Source: Utricularia gibba
Lineage: Eukaryota > Plantae > Magnoliophyta
Assembly: GCA_002189035.1 (NCBI GenBank)
Contig: CM007990.1
Span: 4,030,001-4,094,000, forward strand
Direction of reading: 5' to 3'
Length of the DNA: 64,000 bases
The notes under the pieces were generated by a model. It saw nothing but the letters and a program-made list of their open reading frames with translations, ran no database searches and was not told where the DNA came from. The position numbers and the translations under genes were made by a program. The stretch's first letter is position 1; every line of letters begins with the position of its first letter. Shown one piece after another: positions 53,972 to 64,000 of the stretch.

Positions 53972-56900
53972 TTATGTTATTATTATAGTAGGTTTTCAGA
54001 GAAAATTTTATCTATTGAAATTATATATCATAATATTAAAAAGTGCATAATTAAAAAAATTATAGGAATTTTATCGACTAAAAAAATAAATTTTTAATTA
54101 TATCTTTAAAAGTAGATGGTAGAATTTTTGAGATGGATAATGAATTTATTGATAAAAAAGGGACTAAAAATAATAATTAAAAAAAGAAAAAAAAATTGAA
54201 CGAAGAGAGATAACATTGTGTTTTGATATTATAGAATTAATTTATATTATTTAATATATTTAAGCTCATGGGTTTGAAGGGGCCGGGCAAATATTTCCAT
54301 GCACTCCCGTCCCGCTCATGCACAAAGGGCGAAAAATTGAAGCTTTGAGAAGGTCGCGATCCTTGTGCCTGCAATTTGATGTCGTCATTAAAGGTTTGCA
54401 CATGCGATGGGTCCGCCTCCACCTGCTAACCCGATCCGAATTCCTCACGGCGGCACCGATCATCCATCCCGCTTGTCCGCTTCACAAACTCCCAAACCCT
54501 AACCAACCCAATCCATTCACTTTCCTCTTCGCCTTTTTCATCCTCCTCCTAACCATTCTTTATTCAAAGATACGTTTTTTGAAAACCAGTTCATTTTTTT
54601 TTTCTTTTTAGGATAAGCCAAGGTTTGGAAGCCAATTCAATTTAATCTTCAAAGAATCGATACTACCTTTCAAATATGTATTGATTCTCCTTTATGAGAA
54701 TCAATTCATTTTTTAAAAAAACATGGATATACAGCTTCTTATACAGAATTATTTTTTAAAATTTGATTTTAATAAGTAATTTACTATTATATTCGTTTAT
54801 TAATACAGAATTAGAATTAATATCATTTTTAAAATAAATACTAATTTGATAATATTAGTAAAGAGTTTGACAAATATTGATATTATATAGTATGCTTTAT
54901 TTAAATAAATTTATAAAATGTGATTATTAATAAATATGAGTAAATATGTAATTTAGGATAAATATGTAATTTACTTATAAAAAACATTTCTTATTTTTTT
55001 TACTCTAAACATTAAACAATGCTACAATTTCAAACATATATCAATTATCATTTTTAAAATATTATTAATAATATATGTATTATTTACTAAAATTATTTCT
55101 CAATTTTCCTATTTAGTGTAAGAAATACTTTAAAAAAATCTTAAATATATGCTTAAAAATTTTAGTTCATTAAAATCAATTTTAGATTGATTTTTTTCAA
55201 ACGATCTCTAAATATATATTACTAGAGATTCACATAATTAATATTAATTATCCAATGGACCAGCAATACTCCTAGCACTGTGCATCATATGGCCCAGGGG
55301 TTTCCTATTCCTAACTTGTGACGAGAATTGTTCAAGAATATACACGTTTCTTGAAAAGCCTTATTTATTATTTTAATAGAAAAATAAATTTGGTCACGTT
55401 CCCACAAATACTATCCACGCTTTTACAAAAAACGTGTGCTTTCCGCGTGGGTTGAATTCGTTTCCAGTTTCAACCTAATAACTTTTGTTCTATTTAATTT
55501 TTGTTTTATAAAGTAAGTTACTAAATATGATTTATCACACATGAAATTCTGGGTTATGCTCATCTCGTTCGCAATCGATGTGGGATTTAACTCATATCCT
55601 TAGACAATGTATCATATGCTATACTATTAAAAAAACTTCATGGACCATAATTATCATACTTCAAGAAGTCCGCGTACCAACTCTTTTTAATTATCACACA
55701 TTTTTTTTGTATAGATATTTATTTATTTCGTGAGCGCATACATCATGAGATTAATGACCAAAAAAAAAGAAAAGAAAAGAAAAGGGCATGGGGAGGAAAA
55801 ATAGATGTGGAGGAGAAGCGGAGTGGTATTAATTAAATGGGTGTTGATTAGTGTGTTATTATCACACGGTTAGGGGACATGATCACGTGCACATCCTTCT
55901 GTTATGCGATAATGACAGCTAATCTTAATTAAACTTTCTATCGTGGCATCATTTTCACAAACTAATCAAACCGTCACTTCCACACCCTGACAAGGGAGGA
56001 GGCCGGTTTAGCCCTTGGCCTCATCCTCGCACCCGCCGACACTCCCAAGGATCACTAACTAACTTATCTCGACGCGCCGTGCGGAAACAACAACAACGAA
56101 AAGGAAAAGGGGGTAACAATGCTTTCCGGCGAGTTGAGTTGAATTCACGGCAGCGAGTTCGTCGAGCTGCTTTCCTGGCGAAGAAAATGGAGCCCATTCT
56201 GATTGGTCAGGGCGAGGTGCGTGCTTGAGGGGCCTGGGCAGTACGTTCCGCACCGGTTCTGGCTGGGCCCTCTCTTTGCAAATGGGCTCAAGAGTAGGCG
56301 GGATGGGGCACATTGTTTTTACGGGCCGGGGCCGGGCGGGGCTCCTATATAGCAACCAGACTGGAGCGATGGACGGGATGGGTCATTGCATTTGTGCGCA
56401 CAAGCAATGCATGAGCCGGAACATGAAGCCACAAATAGCCCTGCAAACTCGGATCTTTCGCCAAAATCTTGAGCCCAATTGCATGATTTTTGGGCCGAAC
56501 CTTGAGCTCGTCAAGCTTTAATGTTTTTTTAATGAAAAAAACTATTAAATATTTGTATTCCATTCTAACAAATCATTTCATTTTGATTTCACGATCATGT
56601 CATAGAAAGTGTAAATCATTGATTCTAATATTCAATTTAATATTATTCAGCTAGTAATACATGAACATATAATAATCGATGCTATTTTTAACATAAAAGT
56701 TGGCTCTTCTTATCTTCATTAATCAACGAGATATATGGTAATGTCTATGTCAATTATTCATACTCCTTAGCATAGTGCAAACTTACCATTACCTTCTAAG
56801 TTTTAAGATGATCATTGGATTTGTTGTTTATCTCAAGTATTGCAACTGATGGGTGGGTTCCTCCACATGTGGGGCCCACATAAATATTAAAAAAAGGCTG

Positions 56901-57887
56901 CAGTTGATGTCATTGAGCGGCGAGAATTGGTGGGTTGGTGGTTCCCCTCTATACACTTCCCCATAAGTGTATTCCAATGAATCCTAACACAAGAGATCTT
57001 TGGTGTTTTTGATTGAGTTTTCGATTTCTGAGGATAGAATAGGAAAATGAGAAAGATAATATTCTTTTCAATTCGTATTTCTTGCTCAGTATAGTTTTCA
57101 TACCAAGGATAGAAAGAGAGGGTAAAATCCGATAATTTATTAGAATAAATCTTTTTGAATTCACTGTGGTAAATAGTAAATTTTCTCTAAGTTGAGTGTA
57201 GATGTAACCCTTATTTTGAGGTAAACCATGTTATATCTTTGTGTTTATTTTCTTGATTTTTTAGGTCAAGTTTGTGTTTGGTATCGATTGCGCCCTACTA
57301 GATTTTCATCATATGAGTTTATTATGCCTACTGACGAGGGAGAACCTGAAAGCTTCCAGGAGGCTATGGAAAGCCGAGATAAAAATCTGTGGATAGAATT
57401 TGATGAAGAGGAAATAAGGTCCTTGAATGACAACAAGACGTTTCAATTGGTGAAGTTGCCTGAGGCAAAAAGGCACTAAGGTGCAAGTGGGTTTTCAAAA
57501 TAAAGCATTCTGAAAATAGCTCGAAGTCGCAATATAAGGTCTAGGCTAGTGGTGAAGGGTTTCAACCAGAGAAAGGGAATCGATTATGATGAGATATTTG
57601 CACCAATTGTGAAGATGACATACATCCGTGCAATGCTGGGGTTAGCAGCAAGTCTCAACTTGGAAGTTGAGCAAATGGATGTCAAGATGGTGTTCTTACA
57701 TGGTAATCTTGAGGAAGAGATCTACATGGAGTGGTCAGAAAGTTTTTTCAAAAAAGGAAAAGAAGACGAGTGCTGACCCACTATGTGTTCTTCAAGAGGT
57801 TCGTGGATGATGAATTCTACAGAAGAGTCGTTGACTTTGTGATTCTGTTACTCTATGTTTACGACACGCTAATTGTTTTTCAAGAGT

Positions 57888-59592
57888 TCTGATACCACTT
57901 GTTGTGTGCAATCGATATCAAACAAAAACTTGACTGCAAAAATAAAAAAAAATAGACATCGAGATTTAACGTGATTCACCCCAAAATAAGGGCTACATCT
58001 ACACCCAACTTCGAGAAAAATTCATTATTTACTACAGTGAATACAAGGAGATGTCTACCATCTCCTTAAAAACTCTATTAGGCAAAAAATATGAATAGGA
58101 AAGAATACTATCTTTCTCATTTCCCTATTCTACCCTCGAAAATTGATAACATATATTTTTGAGTGACTAAGTACATGGAAAAGATTTATATTGTGCTACA
58201 AAAATTTAGTTTTACTGCCTAGTTTTATATTTTTGTATAGAATACCGTAGTAATGCAGTGCAGGTCGCAACACAAATCTCAAAGAGCTGAATATGAACAG
58301 TGTGGTGGTAGAGGGTGAGACATAAGTCTGAAAAAGAGTACACAAAAAATCCAAGAAAGAGGAAAAATGGGAATTTTGGACAAAATGAGGGAAAATTGGA
58401 GAGAGAAGGCAGATCTACCATTGGAGTCTCACAACACATTTTTCTAGAGAAGGTTTTTTGGAGAGGAAGAAGGATGAAGACGAACAGGAACTAAGCTCAT
58501 GCTTGAAGACTATTTTCCGTTTCCAAGGATTATTACTCCTAGCTAAGATTAGCTAGTGAAGATTTCCAGCTTTCTATTGAACTTTTAAGTTCTTGCTTGT
58601 TAATTTTCTGATAGTCAACTGAGACATGAGTGCATGGTGAATGATGTTTTCTCTTCTGTTTTCGTTTGTCTTAAGCATGAGTGGCTAAGCACTTAGGGGG
58701 TGCCTTGGGGTGAAAAGAGGAGAATCATGCTAATCCATCCTTAGACCTAATCAATCATAAATCACGCCACTTTCTTAACAAATCAGGATAGATCTAGGAG
58801 AGGGAAGTAGTGAAACTCAACTTAACAACCCTAATTAGAGGTAGACCAAAGATTAGGGGGAAAAACAAGAATCCGGGTAGATCTAGATCTTGTGAGTTAG
58901 TTGTATGATTTATGGTTTGTATGACCTTGTTTAGTGATAAGCATACATCTCCTAGGAGTCCCAAGTCATCACCCTTTCCATTCCAGAAACTACTGAATCC
59001 CAAAACTTATTACTCTTCTTTACTGCATTCTATCCTTAGTCCTAGTTAAGACCAATTTTATCAACGTGACACTAATTTCATGCATTAACTTTCACATAGC
59101 AAGCACCTGCTCTTCGTGTTCAACCCTAATCACTATGCTCGTAATTGTATAATGTTTTAATGTGTATTAGGTTCTAAATTTATTTGATAGGAAGATTTAC
59201 ATTTGCAACGTGTAAATTTTTCATTTATCAAAAATCAAAAAACTCACTCAAAACACCTAATATGCTGAGAGCTCTTGTGTTGGGATTTCGGAATACTCTA
59301 TGGAGAAGTGTTCTCCTTTATTTATAGAGGGTAACCACCAATCCCCCAGTCGACACCACCAATTCTCGTTGGCCAATGCCACCAACTGCATGTTTTTTTA
59401 ATATTTGTGTGGGTCCCAAATTGATGAATCCATCAATTCTCCCTCTCCCGACACATCGGTGAGTTGGTCAACCCAATGACTCTTTTATAGAATTCATCAT
59501 CCATGAACCTCTTGAAGAACACATAGTAGCTAGCACTCGTCTTCTTGAAGTTGTGCTTCTCCATGACTGAGTCAAACTTTCTGTATCAATAA
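57888..59592 (-). mobile_element. Inverted segment of the same copia family (RT fragment - PPT - LTR - PBS)
   Basis: On the minus strand: WYRKFDSVMEKHNFKK RT piece, PPT at ~59437-59449, LTR split into 59435-59236 and 58143-57900, then PBS TGGTATCAGA at 57897-57888. Confidence 0.8.
58144..59230 (+). mobile_element. Solo LTR (probably gypsy-type), 1087 bp
   Basis: TGATAAC...TATCA termini with a perfect 5-bp TSD AAAAT (58139-58143, 59231-59235). Inserted inside the inverted copia LTR. Confidence 0.88.
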
Positions 59593-61369
59593 GTGGGTTT
59601 GTGATTTTGTTGCTCTATATTAATGACATGCTGATTGTTGGATAGAATACTTCAAGAATTGCAAACTTGAAGAAGGAGTTGAATAAGTCTTTCTTGATGA
59701 AAGACTTGGGGCCAACAAAGCAGATTATTGGCATGAAGATCATCAGGAATAGAGATGTCAAGAAGATATAGTTGTCTCAAGAATAATACATTGAAAAGAT
59801 TCTTGAGACATTTAACATGATGGACGTCAATGCGGTTAGCTACCCTATTGCTAATCATTTTCAGTTGAGCAAGAAGCAATGTCTATCAACCAAGGAAGAA
59901 TGAAAAGTGATGATGAGCATTTCCTACTCATCAGTTGTTGGGAGCTTAATGTATGCCATGGAATTGTGAGCAGGTTTTTGTGTGATCCAAGGAATGATTA
60001 TTGGTCTATTGTGAAGTGGATTTTCATATATCTACGGGGATCTTCAAACATGTGTTTATGCTTTGGAAGTGAGGAGCCTGTGTTGAAAGGATACACGGAT
60101 GCTGATTTAGCTGGTGATGTTGACAATCAAAAATCAACATGGGAATATCTGATTACATTTGTAGGGAGATCTATGTCTTGGCAGTCAAGACTGTAGAAGT
60201 GTGTTGCTCTATCTTCAATTGAAGAAGAATATATTGTAATTACTAAGACTTATAAGGAGCTGCTGTGGATGAAGAAGTTCTTGCGAGAATGGTGTGAAGC
60301 AGGGGAAGTATGAATTATTTTGTGACAGCCAGAGTGCTATCCATCTAGCGAAGAATGCTTCCTTTCACTCAAGATCGAAGCATATTGATCAGCACTATCA
60401 TTGGATTAGGTATGTCTTAGAGGAAAATCACTTGTGTTTGGAGAAGATTCATACTGAAGAAAATGGTTCATATATGATGACGAAGATACTTTCAAAGGAA
60501 AGCTTTTAATTTTGTAGAAGAACCGTTGGGTTTACCAGCTCACCCATGTGTTGGGAGGGGGGAGAAATGATGGGTGGGTACCTCCATATGGGACCCACAC
60601 AAATATTAAACAAAAAAGACACGTGTTTGATGCCATTGATCGTCAAGGATTGGTAGTGATGGATGGAGAGGTTTGGTGGTTCCCCTTTATTTATATAGAG
60701 GGGAACACTTCCCCATAGATGTATTCCAAAGAATCTCAACACAAGAGCTATTAGGTGTTTTTGAGTGAGTTTTCAGTTTTCGATGGTAGAATATGGAAAG
60801 GAGAAAGATAATATTCTTTCTTATTCATGTTTCTTACCCAATAGAGTTTTCGGGGAAAGTATAGAAAAAAAGGGTAAAACCTGATTATTACTAAGGTAAA
60901 TCTCTTTATATTTAATATGATAAATAATGAATTTTTTAGGAGTTGGATACGAATGTAACTCTTATTTTGAGGTGAATCATGTTAAATCTTTGTGACTATT
61001 TTCTTGATTTTTGTGATCAAGTTTTTGTTTGGTTGTGCTCAACAACAACTCTCTAATGTACCCGGTGTTCAGCAATCCATCTATAATTTGTTTCATTATT
61101 TTCATCTTTTCATATGATTTTTTTTTATTCTAAATATATTTCATCATGAGGTTAATGTTTACTCATCAATTCATTGAAGGTTGTTTGTTTCCCAAGTAAA
61201 AACGTTACATCGAGTGAAAATGCTACAATGTGTAGACAGATAATAATGGAGAGACTATTAAGTTTCATGTTGTTTTAGAATCATTAACAAATTTTAATGA
61301 ATATGATTCCACTATTTGGGTTTTTAATATTCACAAATCTCAACATTTGATTAAGTACTTGTGGTGACT

Positions 61370-62310
61370 TGAGTTGTGCATTCCATCAGTTTTTGTTATT
61401 CTGAGTACTTTGAGCCTTTTAAGTGACTCTTTACTCGAGCTTATTTATGACTCAAGACAGTTTTTACATTTTTTGTTTAGACATTCCTCAACTTGGTTAG
61501 AATCCACATTTTTAATTCTTCCACAATTGCATCAGAACTTCTTTTTCTGCCTTTATAAACATAAGGATATACATCAAATCCTTATTAATTATAGCTTTTG
61601 GACTGAGTCAATCTAAAGCTTAATTACAAAATTCATGATTAATATAGTTTTATCTCGATTGTTTATTGAATTTGATGCCTGACCCAAGATACTACAATAT
61701 AATAAATAAAATATTTTAAAAATTATGAAACATTAATATATATTTTGAGGTTATTTAAATAATTTATAGAAACAAATTTAAAAACTTATATAAATTATTA
61801 ATTCATACTATTTATCCTAAAAATAAATAATATATATATAATTAAAAATAATAATTATTATTATAATAATTCATAAAAATTTTATTTTTGAACTAAACTC
61901 ATCAAGCTTTTAGATTTGAAACTCAATCAATCCTAAGAATTTCGAGCTTCAAAATCAGAAAGCTCGATTTTGGGTCATAAATATGCAAACTCAAGCTCAA
62001 TGTTTTTTAAGGTTGGGTCAGGCCAGCCCACATGATTGGGCTTTAACTTTCATCTCTATGTGGTATGAGGCTGCACAAAACATTTGAGACAGAAAACACA
62101 CTCCAATCAAAGTTGAATAAAAGAAAGTCCTTTTATATCTAATGAACACTTGTTTGTAAACAAAAAAAAACTCATGAGCTAACTAATCCCAAGCTCAATC
62201 TCAACTCGAACTGTAGCTCAGCTCAAGTCGAGCATAGTTCAAGCTCGATTGAGTCAAGTAAAATATCAAGTTGGTCTGAAGTCGGCTCGCAAAAGCTCGT
62301 GATTTGTTAT
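61370..62310. mobile_element. Degenerate hAT-type MITE remnant
   Basis: Clusters of CTCGAG/AAGCTC subterminal-like repeats around an AT-rich core. Termini not resolved. Confidence 0.3.
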
Positions 62311-63042
62311 ACTAAAATACACCCACAATCATAGATAATTGGTCCATAAATTATGATCAATCCTTCAGATCAATTGAATCACTGGTCCGTAAATTATGAT
62401 AACTGATCCGTAAAATAAGAAGCACTTAAATTGATTACATAATTATAATCCCTAATGGCTGGCTAATCACAATTTAATGACTTTGGGTGACAAAAGGAAT
62501 GCTACACATTCTTGTTTGATAAGTTTCACATCTTGAAATAGACATTTGTTAAAAATTAATATGTTTGATAGATATATCTTTAATAAAGATGTAATTTTTA
62601 AAATTATTATACAAATTCTCCGCGTCAACCATGTATTTCAAAATTTTTTTAATGAAATGAGATTTGATTATTATTTTTATTTATTTTTAAAATATGTCGA
62701 ATTAAATATTATTTTAAATATATATTTTTTAAAATTTATTAACTTATTTTAATTACGTATATTTATTTAAATATGAATAATTCAAATATATTAATCATTA
62801 AACTATTCTTCCAAACATGGAATTGTATTGTTTTTTCAAGTGGTAATTTGTTTTAGAATAAAAAAAGTGAAAAACAGGTAGATTGACAGGCGTTGTGCGG
62901 TGCGGGCCCACGTCTATTCTGTGTCTTTTGCCTTTCCCCTTTTTTATTTTATTTCCATTTCTGCATCTTCTTGTTTATTTTTACACTTCGCTCCGCTCCA
63001 CACGCAAACGCCCAGCCCAGCCAATCTTCTTCCCTGCTTGCA

Positions 63043-64000
63043 ATGGCCTCCACTGACGCCGCCGTTACCTCCGATCTTCCCGAAACCGATGACGTAGGCC
63101 TTCCGTTTCAATAGTCGCCTCTTTTTTCTAGTTGCATTCCTTGAGTCGAGTTCGCGAATTCCTGTCTTTTTTTTTTCAATTTAGTGATATCCTCTGGCTT
63201 TGATTGGATATCACAGTCAAGCGATCCTGAGTTTTGAGGATTAGGATTACTGTTTTTGAGGACTTCGTTCGGAGGAGTGAGATTTTGAATGGGATTTTTT
63301 TTTTTTGTTTTGCAGAAAGTTGGGGAGAAAACAACGAAGGAGAATGTCGAAGATCAGAAAGAAGAATCGAAGGTAACTGAAGACTCTGCAGTTGAAGAAA
63401 GTAATCAAGGTAACAAGGAGGCTGTATCAGAGGGTAGGAAGGAGAGTGTCAACGGAATAGAAGCTGAGACCGATAAAAACATACCCGTACCTCCTCCGGT
63501 TGAAGATTCCGTCGACCATGAATCGAACACCGTGAAGAAACTCGCTGAGTCGGCTCAGGCTGAAGATGTGAAGGAAGCTGAAGACAAGGTGGAAGACGTA
63601 GAAGACAGTGAGTCGAAGATTGGAGGGAAGCCTACTGAGCTTGCTCATATTGAAGATGTTGAAGACAGTGAGTCGAAGATTGGGGAGAAGCCTACTGAGC
63701 CTGCTCATGTTGAGGATGTGAAGGATGAAGCCAAGGTTGAAGATATAGGCGAAAAAGATTTCAGGATTGGGGAGGAGCCTAATGAGCCCGATCAGAGTGC
63801 AGATGTGAAGGAAACTGAAGCTGAGGTTAAAGAAACTGACGCGAAGGATACCGAAACCAGCTCTGGAGAGAAGATTGTTGAAGTTGAAGATACGAAGGAA
63901 ACTGAAGTCGGGGTCGAGGGAAAGATAGTCGAAGCTCCAGTTGAACATGTAAAGGATACCAAGATCAAGTCTGAGGAGGATCTTGCTGAGCTTCCTCTGG
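63043..64000 (+). CDS. Glu/Asp/Lys-rich low-complexity protein of unknown function, 5' part (runs off the window)
   Basis: Exon 1 at 63043-63093 (MASTDAAVTSDLPETDD|GT). Exon 2 from 63316 (after a poly-T..GCAG acceptor) is open to the window end: KVGEKTTKENVEDQKEESK...EEDLAELPL. Missing from the ORF track because exon 2 has no ATG. Confidence 0.85.
63592..63720 (+). repeat. 60-bp coding tandem repeat (EDVEDSESKIGxKPTExAHx)
   Basis: Two near-identical units, plus a diverged third near 63740-63800. Confidence 0.9.

Larger units (their letters stand above)
56847..61044 (+). mobile_element. Ty1/copia element (Tnt1-like) lacking gag/PR/INT, with degenerate RT-RNase H
   Basis: LTRs at 56847-~57294 and ~60569-61044 (TGATGGGTGGG...CAACA). 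PPT GGGAGGGGGGAGAAA before the 3' LTR. TSD GCAAC/ACAAC. RT motifs VKGFNQRKGIDYDEIFAPIVK and QMDVKMVFLHGNLEEEIYM. RNase H motifs GYTDADLAGD, LFCDSQSAIHLAKN and RSKHID. Confidence 0.9.

Noticed and set aside
55576-55585. TCCCACATCG on the minus strand, identical to the snRNA upstream sequence element (USE)
   Set aside because: No TATA box at Pol II or Pol III spacing and no snRNA-like sequence downstream. The motif is also common in retrotransposon LTR debris.
63427-63948. 173-aa hydrophobic minus-strand ORF
   Set aside because: Antisense shadow of the GAA-rich plus-strand exon.
1-64000. tRNA, rRNA or snRNA genes
   Set aside because: No cloverleaf, rRNA or spliceosomal RNA signature was recognised by eye. 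A covariance-model scan would be needed to exclude snoRNAs.

Overview
AT-rich land-plant (eudicot-like) nuclear DNA with short-intron genes separated by nested, decayed transposons. Genes supported from the sequence: two convergent intronless S-protein homologue (SPH) secreted-peptide genes (10875-11330 +, 12484-12900 -), KORRIGAN-type GH9 endoglucanase (15979-18346 +, 6 exons), a cinnamoyl-CoA-reductase-like gene (18555-~19957 -) whose start codons are out of frame with the enzyme domain, a ZF-HD gene with a coding intron (37167-38132 +), a four-finger RanBP2 zinc-finger gene with a GC-AG intron (39617-41811 -), a MYB61/55-type R2R3-MYB (45704-46908 -), and the 5' part of an acidic repeat protein that runs off the window (63043-end +). 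Transposons, several with termini and target-site duplications I could locate: a PIF/Harbinger element (1648-7715) split by an LTR element, a Copia > hAT > Mutator triple nest (20630-27946), a gag-only Copia, and a rearranged Copia (56847-61044) holding an inverted sister segment and a solo LTR. I found no clearly new multi-gene system. The best leads are the ZF-HD intron that could switch it to a MIF-like protein, the CCR-like frame problem, and the SPH pair. All coordinates were read by eye, with no database searches run.
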